This document shows positions 1-10,377 of a DNA stretch of 30,105 nt, piece by piece. Numbering within the stretch: the stretch's first letter is position 1; every line of letters begins with the position of its first letter. Origin of the DNA: Candidatus Thorarchaeota archaeon. GTDB lineage: Archaea; Asgardarchaeota; Thorarchaeia; Thorarchaeales; Thorarchaeaceae. The notes beneath the pieces were generated by a model. The model was not told where the DNA came from and did no database searches. It saw only the letters and a program-made list of their open reading frames with translations. The stretch lies in contig JAEORO010000067.1 in NCBI GenBank assembly GCA_016840855.1, positions 1 through 30,105 on the forward strand, given 5' to 3'. A program made the translations under genes and the position numbers.

Positions 1-13
1 GTCATTGTTCGTA

Positions 14-1966
14 CTATCGTTTCTTCACTACTATCATAATGATTAGTAACACAACGATAGCAACTCCTATCATGCTCATCACTAGCACCCAATCTAATGG
101 TGGTGGTGTTGTGGTACCTGTAGGTGTCGTAGATGTTGTAGGCTCTTCTGTTGTCGTTGTGTCTGTGGGAGTTGTAGTCGTTGTAGTTGGATTAATCCAC
201 GTGATTGTGAATGATGCTCGTGTTGCCACATTATCTGAATTATCAACTGCTTCGACAATAAATAACAAAGAGCCACTTGAAACATCATCTATCTCACCGA
301 TGTATACTCCGCCACCTTCTGAAGTCATCAGTAATGATACATCATGTGTTCCATTGTTGTACTTCAGATATACTGAAGCTACTCCACCAGGATCTGAAAC
401 GGTGGCTGAAACATTCACCTTTTCTCCATTATCAGGAGATGCTGGGTCCCAGCTGATATCTCCAATTCTTGGTCCTACTTCATCCACATCTGAAATGTTC
501 CACTCAGAACGGTTGCCCACCGACCAATCTAAAAAGTTCTCTAAAAACTGAACATTATCGAATTGTGGTTTACTATAATCAAAGTCGCTAAAGAACGTCG
601 ATCCCGTAACAAGCAATCTTGTGCTTCCAATTTCCTCTGCCGCTGCTAATGGTATTTGATAACCATATTGTCCATCTTGGACATTATCATAAATAACTGT
701 AGGACTAGGTGGTTCCTGGTTAGTCTGGTATCCTGTAACATCTGCATAGATGATAGGAAGCACTGGACCATCATCTAGGAAGTAAAGACTACTTGGTGAG
801 AAGAATGTGATTGAGCTTACAAACGCTGTAAGGTTCACAGTTTCTGCTGGGGCTGGAATCACTGTTAGGTCGTTGTACCAAAGATTGTAGGTTCCATCCA
901 TGTATACATTATCATCATTATTTCTGATGTTAGAGCCTATTGCTTCTAGGATATCATCAGGATATGCTGTATTTGTTGGACTTGAAGCATGATCCCCTCT
1001 TCCTGTGAGCAGTAATGCTTTGTTTCCACTACTTGCCCAATTGGCAATTGCAGTCAGTTCATCTGCAGTATATGCTGTACTCGCACAAGTGGCAATGAAT
1101 AAGTCAACTCCAGCTAGACTCTCAGTTGTAATCGCTGAGCTCTGTAGTAGAAGCTGGAAGCCCTTGATTGCTAATGTTGTGTTGATTGTATCTAAATCAC
1201 TAGCTGCGTAATCGTTTCCATGTCCTACATCAAGCATTGCTTTGTACTGATAGGTAATTGTAACATCCGGAGCATTGAGACCCAGTGTTGCATTATAGAA
1301 CAAATCAAGCAACCCATCAATTGCTAGATTTAGACAATTTTCAGTCAACTCCTTAATTGTTGCATTGGTTGCAATCGCTTCGGAGTTGTCATCGGCATAT
1401 TGTAGATAGACATCATCATAGTATTGATGCGAGTATGTTGCAGAATCAATAACCAGTTGACTCACGTTAGTGACATAGTCCTCAGAAGGAGTTGCTATGG
1501 TAAGAATATCGAGATTCTGGTTGATATCTGATTCGTATCCTGAGTGGCCTGGCCATGAATCGTCTGTATGTACTGGAATGCATGGATCACTGAAGTAGTG
1601 GGCCATAATTCCTGCAGCGAAGAATCCGTCCTCCCAATTACCAATTGTGAAATTATTCCGCGTGAAGTTATACCATCTTTCTGCAGCGGTTGGGGCATTA
1701 TGCTCTCCAGTTTCAGGATAATACAAATGATTATCCCAGTCTTGCCAAGCTGTATCTGGATATATGCTTCCACTCATCAGCTGTGGAAGGTAATAGTCAA
1801 AGGCGTCCGCCCAGCTCGCGTTACTAATCCCCGCAACGGCTTTGTCAACAATGAAAAAATGAGTCGCATGTCCCCACGCATCAACCTGTGTAATTGTAGG
1901 TGTGAAAACAGCGGCCGTAAAGAGGGGTAGTAATATTATAATTACGATGACACTTGTTTTTCTCAT
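14..1966 (-). CDS. Surface-anchored zinc-dependent phospholipase C / S1-P1 nuclease-like protein with GldG/DUF4350-like domain, Ig-like domain, Thr-rich linker and C-terminal TM anchor
   Basis: Signal peptide followed by mature N-terminus W-G-H-A-T-H, then YPD, NHLY, HYFSDPCIPVH and HSGYE, the tri-zinc ligand pattern of the PLC/P1 nuclease fold. Second domain begins MLDVGHGND. Ends in a Thr-rich linker, PPPLDW, hydrophobic helix and KKR. Confidence 0.75.
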   Translation of the reverse strand: MRKTSVIVIIILLPLFTAAVFTPTITQVDAWGHATHFFIVDKAVAGISNASWADAFDYYLPQLMSGSIYPDTAWQDWDNHLYYPETGEHNAPTAAERWYNFTRNNFTIGNWEDGFFAAGIMAHYFSDPCIPVHTDDSWPGHSGYESDINQNLDILTIATPSEDYVTNVSQLVIDSATYSHQYYDDVYLQYADDNSEAIATNATIKELTENCLNLAIDGLLDLFYNATLGLNAPDVTITYQYKAMLDVGHGNDYAASDLDTINTTLAIKGFQLLLQSSAITTESLAGVDLFIATCASTAYTADELTAIANWASSGNKALLLTGRGDHASSPTNTAYPDDILEAIGSNIRNNDDNVYMDGTYNLWYNDLTVIPAPAETVNLTAFVSSITFFSPSSLYFLDDGPVLPIIYADVTGYQTNQEPPSPTVIYDNVQDGQYGYQIPLAAAEEIGSTRLLVTGSTFFSDFDYSKPQFDNVQFLENFLDWSVGNRSEWNISDVDEVGPRIGDISWDPASPDNGEKVNVSATVSDPGGVASVYLKYNNGTHDVSLLMTSEGGGVYIGEIDDVSSGSLLFIVEAVDNSDNVATRASFTITWINPTTTTTTPTDTTTTEEPTTSTTPTGTTTPPPLDWVLVMSMIGVAIVVLLIIMIVVKKR

Positions 1967-2008
1967 AAATATCTCATTCTAGTTACGGCTGTATTAAGTA
2001 ATGCGCTT

Positions 2009-2026
2009 GGAGGGCAATTGCCCTCC
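2009..2026. promoter_or_regulatory. Perfect 18-bp palindrome GGAGGGCAATTGCCCTCC (hairpin or operator)
   Basis: Self-reverse-complementary, in the 73-nt gap between two co-directional genes. Function not determinable. Confidence 0.5.
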
Positions 2027-2039
2027 TTGCATACTTTTT

Positions 2040-4535
2040 CTATGTCCCTCTCTTTTTCATTACGATGACTAAGACAACAACCACAACAACACCAATTCCA
2101 CCCACCGCCACAAGCAGCATTGGATCGATAGGTTGGCCTGGTCCTGTAGATGGGCCGGTTGTTGGAGTCGTAGTGGTTGTTTCTCCACCCGGTAGATTGA
2201 TGACTTGTTCACTCAAATCGAATGAATCACTGTATATCGTTTTTGCATTCACATGGAATGTGATACTACTACCGGGGTCAAATGACTCCAGTGAAATATC
2301 GTAGGTATTCCATCCTTTGACCATTAGAACACTAGCTTCCCCTGAGCCATCATCATAATAGAGAGTTACATCTCTAAGGAACGCACTCGGTAGTCTTCCA
2401 ACGAAGAACGAGAAATCTATGTCATATACTCCTTCGTTCTCATGAACAACATATGTCACATTATCTATTATGTTTCTTGCTCGAAACATCACTGGCATCA
2501 GATATCCTGTGGTGTTGAAGTTCATCAAATAGAGATTATAGATAGCAACTCCATTTGGTTCTGCATGACCATCGAGCAGCGTGTATGAGCTATCCTCTGC
2601 AGGAGCCTCGATAACGTATGATGTAGATCCAAAAGAAACACAGTAATCTCTGAATACCACTGCATCAAATGAAACTGGGTATGAATGATTGTTTGTGAAC
2701 TGGACAGAAATATCGAAATCGGTATCTGGCTGAAGGCTACTTGGTGCTGTGATACTATAGTCTAATCCAAGTGCTTGATTTGATGTTGCGTTTGCTACAA
2801 GTTTCAGCGCTCTTGAAGGATTCCAGTATTCGAGGGCAATCTCTGCATTAGCCAAATATTGCTCTGAAAGGCTGATGCTGTTCCCAGCATCTTTTACTGC
2901 TTGAATAGCTATTTGACCTGCAGTAACTGCAGCTTTTGCTTCAGCAAGAATCTCGAGATATCGATTTACCCATATCTCATCACCCAAAACAAAGCTGCTT
3001 GCATCATCTACTACAACAACACGTCTATTTTCTACAGCATCCACAATGTCACTATCTGAAACCTGGCCATTAGGTCCAGATGGATTCAAAACGAATATGG
3101 CAGTTCCTACTTTTCCAACGCCTTCAATAGAATGGTGGTCATTTCCACCTATGAAATTCCAAAGATATGCGAACTCTCCCTCGCCTCGGAAGTAATTGCT
3201 ATTCACAACTTCAATCGCATCATATCCATAACTGTCCATCGTCAAGAGTCCTTCTGCATAGTTGGGTGAAACTCCAGGATGGCAGAATATGGCGATTCCT
3301 CCTTGATTATGAATCTCATCAACAGCTACCTGTCTATCGTCTGTCCAAATATTCTCGGTAAGGGGAAATCCAGTAGTATGAAGCATGGACGACATCTCAG
3401 CTCCGACTGTTACGTGAACGTCGAGATTATAGGACGTGGCAATAGCATCCATCGCTTGCCCTCCAGTTACACCTTCGATAGGTGTTGGATTTTTGTGAGC
3501 ATGATCTGTCATGACCATGAAATCCATTCCTCTTACAAGACCCACATCCAGCATATCTTCTGGAGTTCCTTGTCCATCACTATGCGTCGTGTGGTCATGG
3601 TATAACCCAACAAACAGTGAATACTCCTCTACTTCTGCAGGACTCAATGCAGGTCCGTTTCCAACTGTGATAGAAAATATTTCTGGAATGTATACATCCC
3701 GTTTAGGATTTCCAGCAAGCCAGTCAATTGTATTAAGAGAGAATTGCATATGCGACTGTCCATAGCTATATGCTCCTTCTCTATATTTGACAAAAGGTCC
3801 TGAAGAGCTAACGCAGACCACCCTGCCAAGACCGTATTCAGCAACTGCTGTAAGATTAGTCCCTTGATAGGTGATTACTGATTCAGCTGGACCTGTCACA
3901 TTTAGACTGCACCCGCTAATATGAGCCGCATCTGTCCAGATTGATGTAAGACCATAGGTGACATTATGTTCAGCAAATGTAGATGCTTCTACAATCACAA
4001 GATCCGTGTTGAAGATAACTCCAAAAGTGGATGAAAGAGGATTCAAGTGTGATGGTGTGAAACCCCATGAGCTGCCATAATTGACTCCAACAAGAAGCAG
4101 CCCTCCACCCGCATCAACAAAGGACACAATGGCACTAATTTCCCCTGCAGTGAAGGCTTTCTGTGGGAAAAAGACTACTAGTATATCATAATCACTAAGA
4201 ATTCCTGAATCTAAACTTTCGTTAAAATTAGTGTCAGATGTGTATCCATTCTCATTCAACAACGAACTAAATAATGAGGCATTTCCGGGTGCCCAAATTG
4301 AGCTTCCATCTTGAGTATGAGCCTCATCAAAAAGTATGTTCTTACTCACAAAGTCTGCTGGATTGTATGTGCCTCCATCCCTCGCAACAACCTTTGTTGA
4401 AGGCAATGAGGGTACGATAGTTACAAACAAAGTGAGCATCAATATTCCAACGAGCAGATAGGTTCTTCCACGGGGCAATGTATTATCCTCCGATATGATA
4501 TCACTTGCTCTATTGCCTGATAAATAGATTACCAT
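2040..4535 (-). CDS. Surface-anchored PHP-domain (CehA/McbA-like) metallohydrolase with N-terminal GldG/DUF4350-like domain
   Basis: PHP motifs HDHTTHSDG, TDHAH, GAE, HPG, GGNDHH. N-terminal domain begins ILFDEAH. N-terminal hydrophobic segment and C-terminal Thr linker, PIDP, TM, KKR. Start moved to ATG 4535 because the 4610 TTG lies next to the upstream terminator. Confidence 0.75.
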   Translation of the reverse strand: MVIYLSGNRASDIISEDNTLPRGRTYLLVGILMLTLFVTIVPSLPSTKVVARDGGTYNPADFVSKNILFDEAHTQDGSSIWAPGNASLFSSLLNENGYTSDTNFNESLDSGILSDYDILVVFFPQKAFTAGEISAIVSFVDAGGGLLLVGVNYGSSWGFTPSHLNPLSSTFGVIFNTDLVIVEASTFAEHNVTYGLTSIWTDAAHISGCSLNVTGPAESVITYQGTNLTAVAEYGLGRVVCVSSSGPFVKYREGAYSYGQSHMQFSLNTIDWLAGNPKRDVYIPEIFSITVGNGPALSPAEVEEYSLFVGLYHDHTTHSDGQGTPEDMLDVGLVRGMDFMVMTDHAHKNPTPIEGVTGGQAMDAIATSYNLDVHVTVGAEMSSMLHTTGFPLTENIWTDDRQVAVDEIHNQGGIAIFCHPGVSPNYAEGLLTMDSYGYDAIEVVNSNYFRGEGEFAYLWNFIGGNDHHSIEGVGKVGTAIFVLNPSGPNGQVSDSDIVDAVENRRVVVVDDASSFVLGDEIWVNRYLEILAEAKAAVTAGQIAIQAVKDAGNSISLSEQYLANAEIALEYWNPSRALKLVANATSNQALGLDYSITAPSSLQPDTDFDISVQFTNNHSYPVSFDAVVFRDYCVSFGSTSYVIEAPAEDSSYTLLDGHAEPNGVAIYNLYLMNFNTTGYLMPVMFRARNIIDNVTYVVHENEGVYDIDFSFFVGRLPSAFLRDVTLYYDDGSGEASVLMVKGWNTYDISLESFDPGSSITFHVNAKTIYSDSFDLSEQVINLPGGETTTTTPTTGPSTGPGQPIDPMLLVAVGGIGVVVVVVLVIVMKKRGT

Positions 4536-4607
4536 TTTTCCTAGAAAAGTTGCAAAAAGTAACCTCACTAAGAATTGCATCAATAATCTGTAGAATAGTA
4601 ATTTAAT

Positions 4608-4648
4608 CAAAAAAGAAAAGGTGTGTAGTCTGAGAAAACTCAGACTAC
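4608..4648 (-). terminator. Intrinsic terminator-like hairpin plus U-tract
   Basis: GTAGTCTGAG-AAAA-CTCAGACTAC (4625-4648; 10-bp stem, 4-nt loop), followed on the minus strand by CTTTTCTTTTTT, 12 nt after the stop of the 4661..6631 gene. Confidence 0.75.
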
Positions 4649-4660
4649 TTCCAATATTAT

Positions 4661-6631
4661 TTACTTTCTGCGTACGACAACAACTACAACAAGAATCACA
4701 ACGACTACTCCAATGCCCACAGCTGCTAGGAGCAAGGGATCGATTGGACCAGGTTCAACTGTACCCGTTGGTGTTGTGGTTGGTGTTGAGGTAGTAGGTA
4801 CAACTTCTGGTGCTGCTGTCTTCATTCCGAAGTCAATAGCTTGTCTTACCAAGAACAAACCATTCAGACCCACACGACCTGCATACATGTCTTCCATCAT
4901 TGGCCAGTAATGTCCAATTACGTTACCGCTTGAAACGACAATGACACCACTGCCATCCTCTCCAGCGTTCACTTCCATGGTCACCGAAGCGAATGGACCT
5001 CTCTGCCCATTGGTGTGAGCATATGGTGCTGTAAGATCACTGTCAACGATGGTGCCGTTGTTGCTAAATTGCAGTAAGACATAGACATCAGTAATGCTGG
5101 TTGTTTCGAGAGCAACAGGATTGACACCTTCAGCAGGAGTTGCGCTGTCACTTCCGTACAGACATGTTGGACTGTGTACTAGAACATCTGTTACGCCATT
5201 CACAACTGAGGCAACAAACGGATCAGTACCTGTAATGTTAGCTACTGGTCTGTAAGCAGCTCCCGCATAGCTTACTGGGTCCTGCACCGCAGTCGGCTCA
5301 AGATAGACATGAGAGCCAACAGCCTCAAGCATCAGGGTCTGGTTGTTAAGAACGACCTGACCACCGCCTGCCTCTACGAAGTCGGATTCACCGCCAACCC
5401 AGAGGAACTTGTTTCCAGCATTGAACCAGTCTGCTACAGCAGTCACTTCAGTTGGAAGGTATCCATTATCAATACCCCAAATCTTTGGCAAAACTAGACC
5501 ATAAGCATCTGAAAGAATTGTGGTGTTTATACCACCGTAGACCTCCACAACTTCATATCCCATTAGGAATAGTGAAGTGTAAAGTCGCTGGTCAACAGGG
5601 TAAGCTGATGCCTTGTATGTACCATGTGAGTAGTCAAAGAGGATTTTGCCTTGTCCCTGATCAGTCATAGCATGTAGCATTCCATACATAATTGTGTTCT
5701 TCACGAATCGCATACCGTCCATGCCTGTAACATTCGCATAGGTCGATTCTGTCATTGGCCAATAGTGACCGACGACATTTCCACCAGAAACAACTATTGC
5801 ACCTGATCCGTCTTCACCTGCATTGAGTTCCAATGTCACTGATGCGAATGGACCTCTCTGCCCATTGGTGTGAGCATACGGTGCTGTAAGATCACTGTCA
5901 ACGATGGTGCCGTTGTTACTGTGTTGTAAGAGAACATACACATCATCGATGCTGGTTGTTTCAAGAGCAACAGGATTGACACCTTCAGCAGGAGTTGCAC
6001 TGTCACTTCCGTACAAACATGTTGGACTGTGTACTAGAACTTTGTCTACACCCTCCACTAATGCAGCAAGCATTGGATTATCTGTAGTAATATTAGCGAT
6101 TGGTCTGTAAGCAGCTCCCGCATAGCTTACTGGGTCCTGCACCGCAGTCGGCTCATGATAAACATGAGAGCCAACAGCTTCAAGCATCAAGGTCTGGTTG
6201 TCAAGAACGACCTGACCACCGCCTGCCTCTACGAAGTCAGACTCACCACCAACCCAGAGGAACTTATTTCCAGCATTGAACCAGTCTGCTACAGCAGTCA
6301 CTTCAGATGGAAGGTATCCATTATCAATACCCCAAATCTTTGGTAGTACCAATCCGTCGGCATTTGCAAGAATTGTCGAATTCAATCCTCCCCAAAGAAA
6401 GATCACCTCAAAACCCATCAAGGTCAGGTTATCAGCTAACCATTGATCAAGGTACTCAGCAGATGCTTTGTATGCACCATGGGAATAATCAATAAGAATA
6501 GTACCCATAGCTCCCGCTGCTGAATTTGTTGAGGCAAATGCAATCGTTGGGATGGAGAAAACGAGTAATGACGCCATTAAAACAGCGGTTGCAACCGCGA
6601 GCGTCGCCTTTCTTGTATCTCTATTTCTCAT
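4661..6631 (-). CDS. Surface-anchored protein with two tandem GldG/DUF4350-like domains
   Basis: Signal peptide; two ~285-aa repeats starting ILIDYSHG and ILFDYSHG; Thr linker, PIDP, TM, RRK. Confidence 0.75.
   Translation of the reverse strand: MRNRDTRKATLAVATAVLMASLLVFSIPTIAFASTNSAAGAMGTILIDYSHGAYKASAEYLDQWLADNLTLMGFEVIFLWGGLNSTILANADGLVLPKIWGIDNGYLPSEVTAVADWFNAGNKFLWVGGESDFVEAGGGQVVLDNQTLMLEAVGSHVYHEPTAVQDPVSYAGAAYRPIANITTDNPMLAALVEGVDKVLVHSPTCLYGSDSATPAEGVNPVALETTSIDDVYVLLQHSNNGTIVDSDLTAPYAHTNGQRGPFASVTLELNAGEDGSGAIVVSGGNVVGHYWPMTESTYANVTGMDGMRFVKNTIMYGMLHAMTDQGQGKILFDYSHGTYKASAYPVDQRLYTSLFLMGYEVVEVYGGINTTILSDAYGLVLPKIWGIDNGYLPTEVTAVADWFNAGNKFLWVGGESDFVEAGGGQVVLNNQTLMLEAVGSHVYLEPTAVQDPVSYAGAAYRPVANITGTDPFVASVVNGVTDVLVHSPTCLYGSDSATPAEGVNPVALETTSITDVYVLLQFSNNGTIVDSDLTAPYAHTNGQRGPFASVTMEVNAGEDGSGVIVVSSGNVIGHYWPMMEDMYAGRVGLNGLFLVRQAIDFGMKTAAPEVVPTTSTPTTTPTGTVEPGPIDPLLLAAVGIGVVVVILVVVVVVRRK
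4830..6502. repeat. Intragenic tandem duplication, period 855 nt
   Basis: Identical blocks at constant offset 855: GCGAATGGACCTCTCTGCCC at 4989 and 5844; TGGTCTGTAAGCAGCTCCCGCATAGC at 5247 and 6102; GGAAGGTATCCATTATCAATACCCC at 5454 and 6309. Outer limits approximate. Confidence 0.95.
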
Positions 6632-6731
6632 AAGAAAATTCTCCTATTCCATGACGTGCATCGCACTTGATAAACGGGCAGTAGAAAGATGCTTAAGAGT
6701 CATTCGGCAGGGATATTTACTAGAAAAACAC

Positions 6732-6757
6732 CACTCTTAGACTTTCTACTAAGAGTG
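6732..6757. promoter_or_regulatory. Inverted repeat CACTCTTAG-N8-CTAAGAGTG in a divergent promoter region (candidate operator)
   Basis: Perfect 9-bp arms immediately before an AT-rich TATA-like ATATAATA (6760-6767). SD-like GAGGAG at 6791-6796 precedes ATG 6803. Confidence 0.55.
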
Positions 6758-6802
6758 ACATATAATAGCAGGTGTGTAACATAATCATTAGAGGAGCGAA
6801 CA

Positions 6803-8236
6803 ATGAGCGAGTTCGAAACAACAAGAACTGCTAGCACAAAAATGATAGCTATAGTTGTAGTTGTCATCATTGGCGTAGCGGGTGTATCATTCATAATATT
6901 GAGTGGCCTTCCCGGCCCTGGTCCGACTGGACCAGTAACTCTAACTGTTTTGACAAGACATGATGTAGCTATTCATAATGTGTATGAAGCAGCATTCTTA
7001 CAAACAGATTATGCAAAAGCAAATAATATTACTGACATCGATTGGAAGACTCCCGACTCATCGTTCTGGGATGACTTAATCGATATGGGGCAGGTTGACG
7101 TATGTTGGGGTGGTGGTCCAACGCTCTTCGACCAGCTAATGGTTGATGGACGCTTAGAACCACTCACTAGCACACTTATGGAAACTACTGCTGAACGAGT
7201 TCCTGATGAGCTGGCAGGAGCCGATATGAAACGTTATAATGATCAGGATGAACTCATGTGGATTGCGGCTGCAATCTCATCATTTGGTTTCACGGTGGAT
7301 CATGACTTCCTTGATTCGCACAGTCTTCCCATGCCAACGAATTGGACTGATTTAGCTGACCCAATATGGGGAAGCCTATTACCTGAAACACCCACAATAG
7401 GGATGGGTAATGCACCAGACACAACTTCAAACACTCGTATCTATGAGATTATGACTCAATCCTTGGGTTGGGATGAAGGTTGGATTAACATGGCGAGAAT
7501 GGTTGGTAGTTCTAACATCTATGGTGGATCAGTTGAAACACAACTATCTGTCAGAACCGGTGAAGTAGGGGTCGCCATGACAATTGACTTCTATGGTTAC
7601 CAGAATGAACGACTCAATCCTGACAACGAATATATTCTCCCTGCAGACCAGACAATAATCAACGGAGATCCAATAGCTATTGCAGCTGGAGCCCCCAACA
7701 AAGTTCATGCTGAGCATTTTGTTGATTGGGTACTTTCAGTCCCCGGCCAACTGCTATGGCTTGATAGTAGTATCCTAAGGATGCCTGTCCTAGAGGAAAC
7801 ATTCTGGGACCCTGCTGCTGCAGATGCCCAAGATCTTTATGGCGCGTTCAACAGGACAACTACTACAACTGGTATTGATTTCAATGACACATTATCACTA
7901 GAAATCAACAAAGCCTTCATACTATATTGGCAATCTGTCTTCACAGAAGCCCAGATTGAACTCGTCCAATGCTGGACAGAAATACTTGCTAAGCACAATG
8001 CTAGTATAATTGACGATTCTGAATTGGACTACTATGCGGGTCTTATGGGCACTCCTGTGTCTGTGCTTGATTACACAACCTCTGTCTTAGAGAAATTCAC
8101 GCTTGACTATGCAAAGGGAATAAATTATGACATGACATATGATGCAACCTATGCATCTAATATGCGCTTGCGATGGACCAACGCAGCCAAAGCACAATAT
8201 GTGTCAGTCTATAATACAGTTCATGCATTGACATAG
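6803..8236 (+). CDS. ABC transporter substrate-binding protein (Fbp/AfuA/PgtC-like), N-terminal membrane anchor
   Basis: N-terminal TM; DVCWGGG, PTNWTDLADP, DPIAIAAGAPN..AEHFVDWVLS..GQ motifs; first gene of an SBP-permease-ATPase operon. Confidence 0.85.
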   Translation: MSEFETTRTASTKMIAIVVVVIIGVAGVSFIILSGLPGPGPTGPVTLTVLTRHDVAIHNVYEAAFLQTDYAKANNITDIDWKTPDSSFWDDLIDMGQVDVCWGGGPTLFDQLMVDGRLEPLTSTLMETTAERVPDELAGADMKRYNDQDELMWIAAAISSFGFTVDHDFLDSHSLPMPTNWTDLADPIWGSLLPETPTIGMGNAPDTTSNTRIYEIMTQSLGWDEGWINMARMVGSSNIYGGSVETQLSVRTGEVGVAMTIDFYGYQNERLNPDNEYILPADQTIINGDPIAIAAGAPNKVHAEHFVDWVLSVPGQLLWLDSSILRMPVLEETFWDPAAADAQDLYGAFNRTTTTTGIDFNDTLSLEINKAFILYWQSVFTEAQIELVQCWTEILAKHNASIIDDSELDYYAGLMGTPVSVLDYTTSVLEKFTLDYAKGINYDMTYDATYASNMRLRWTNAAKAQYVSVYNTVHALT

Positions 8237-8258
8237 ACTCAACTCATGAGAAGGGTGT

Positions 8259-10367
8259 GTGCAAAGCAGATTGACAGAGCAAGAGAAAGATGAGGTAATC
8301 ACTGAGGATACCTATGAGGATACTGCGGAATTAGTACCTGTGACGCTTCGAGATACAATAGTCAGAGGTATTATCGGTGCTCCTTATAGATTCGTATCAT
8401 GGCTCATTGGGAAAACCCGTTCAACAGGACGTGGAGCTTCTGGAATTTCCAAGAGCTTGGTTGAGTTCCTTAAGAATCCTGGACCTCGAATGCGAGCTTC
8501 CATCTCAAAACTCCGTCGTGAAATGGATTCGCTAACATGGATTCAGCTGATCGGGATTCTTGTAGTGTTCTTCATCTTTCTCATATGGCCTCTCATCGAT
8601 GTCATACGAGTTTCATTCACATTCGAGTCAACAGGAGCAATCACATTTGATCATTTTGCCAATCTCTTTGCAGACTCAAACGTATGGCCATGGGTACGAA
8701 ACCCGATTACAGGTGAGCTTCAGGCATTTCTAAATCTTAATCCTGCCAGTTATAATCCCACAAGAAACCTCTTGGTAGTTTATGGATGGGACTTTGGTTC
8801 AATCATAAACTCAATCTATGTAGCAATCATTGTAACAATGCTCTCAGTGATAATTGGTGTATTTCTTGCATTCATTGTTGCTAGGTATGATTTTCCAGGA
8901 AAATCAATAATTCGCACAGTGCTAATCTTCCCCATTCTTGCAACACCTTTTGTTGGTGCAATTGGTATCAAAGAATTTCTTGGTGCTGATGGGTTCCTCA
9001 ATACTCTGTTCGCTCCACTCCGGGAAGGAGCCAATGTCATTCTTGGTTTTCTAGGACTACCATTGATTCCTATAATATGGCTAAGAGGTCTCGCAGCCAT
9101 GATCTTTGTTCAATCATTATCGTTCTTTTCACTTGTCTACTTGAATGCATACTCCTCATTCATGGGAATAGACCCATCTCTTGAAGAACAGGCTGAGAAT
9201 CTTGGTGCTACTGGATCGCGACTATTCAGGAGTGTTACACTCCCTCTCGCAATGCCCGGTGTACAGGCTGGAGCAATCCTAACATTCATTCTCAGTATAG
9301 AAGACCTTGGAACACCAATCGTATTCCAAGACCATCAAATCGCTACGAAGACTCTAGCTTTCCAAGTTTTCAATAACGTTGCTACTCAAGCTGGTGCTCT
9401 TGATCCAAAAGGTCCTGCAATTGGAATGTTACTTCTTGTCATCAGCTTGCTTGGATTTCTAGCAATCAGAAAATACTCTTCGCTCAGATCATACGCATCA
9501 GGGACAAAAGGTGGGCAATGGAATCCAAGAACTCGACGAATCAGCAATAAATCCACCATCGGTCTCTATTGCATTCTAATTCCCCTACTTTTCCTTGCAT
9601 TGATACCACAGATTAGCGTCATTATTCTTTCCTTTGCAGGAATATGGTCTTCGAATAGTCTGTTACCAAATGAGTGGACTTTGGAAAACTATGAAGTTTT
9701 GTGGCGATTCCCGGACGTCACGAGATCAATTCAACTGACACTTATTTATGGAGCAATTGCAACTGTAATGATTGTGCTACTTGGGGCGAGTGCTGCATAC
9801 ATCATTGCCAGAAGAGATATTCCAGGGAAAACAGCTCTTGACTTACTCGTGACTTCTCCAATTGCCCTTCCGGGAATTGTTATAGCTACAGGGTACTTCA
9901 CCGCATTCTATGGGACCGTAGTATTTCCATTTAGTCATCCCGCATTTCTAATTATCATGGCCTACACTGTACGTAAGTTTCCATTTACTGTTAGAGCCGC
10001 ATATGCTGGTTTGATGTCAACGCCAGTTGTACTTGAGGAAGCATCCCAAAACATGGGTGCTAGTAAGAATAGAACATTCTTCAGAATCACGTTACCACTT
10101 ATCGGTGTGAGCGTACTGGCAGGATCACTCCTCTCATACGTTTACTCTGTAAGTGAGGTCAGTACAAGTCTATTGTTGGGAAGCGTCGGACATCAAGAAG
10201 CTCCTATGACATACTGGACCTATGAAGTATTGAACGGAACTGGAGAGTTCGGAGGTCCTAATAATGCAGCATGTCTTGGTGTGCTTATGATGGGCCTACA
10301 GATGGCTGTTATCACAGTGACAAACAAGATCCTTGGAGCAAGGTCATCAGCTATGACCGGGATTTGA
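8259..10367 (+). CDS. ABC transporter permease, FbpB/AfuB-type with two fused TM domains
   Basis: Many TM helices and two EAA loops (LEEQAENLGA, LEEASQNMGA), each followed by VTLPL/ITLPL. Start uncertain. Confidence 0.9.
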   Translation: MQSRLTEQEKDEVITEDTYEDTAELVPVTLRDTIVRGIIGAPYRFVSWLIGKTRSTGRGASGISKSLVEFLKNPGPRMRASISKLRREMDSLTWIQLIGILVVFFIFLIWPLIDVIRVSFTFESTGAITFDHFANLFADSNVWPWVRNPITGELQAFLNLNPASYNPTRNLLVVYGWDFGSIINSIYVAIIVTMLSVIIGVFLAFIVARYDFPGKSIIRTVLIFPILATPFVGAIGIKEFLGADGFLNTLFAPLREGANVILGFLGLPLIPIIWLRGLAAMIFVQSLSFFSLVYLNAYSSFMGIDPSLEEQAENLGATGSRLFRSVTLPLAMPGVQAGAILTFILSIEDLGTPIVFQDHQIATKTLAFQVFNNVATQAGALDPKGPAIGMLLLVISLLGFLAIRKYSSLRSYASGTKGGQWNPRTRRISNKSTIGLYCILIPLLFLALIPQISVIILSFAGIWSSNSLLPNEWTLENYEVLWRFPDVTRSIQLTLIYGAIATVMIVLLGASAAYIIARRDIPGKTALDLLVTSPIALPGIVIATGYFTAFYGTVVFPFSHPAFLIIMAYTVRKFPFTVRAAYAGLMSTPVVLEEASQNMGASKNRTFFRITLPLIGVSVLAGSLLSYVYSVSEVSTSLLLGSVGHQEAPMTYWTYEVLNGTGEFGGPNNAACLGVLMMGLQMAVITVTNKILGARSSAMTGI

Positions 10368-10377
10368 GGTGACCAAA

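Noticed and set aside
39-551. Val-rich plus-strand ORFs (also at 2065, 4713, 28598) and GTT/GTA microrepeats
   Set aside because: Reverse complement of Thr-rich linkers; not genes and not a CRISPR or tandem array.
5309-6495. Pairs of similar short plus-strand ORFs (5309/6155, 5452/6307)
   Set aside because: Antisense shadows of the 855-nt duplication in the minus-strand gene.
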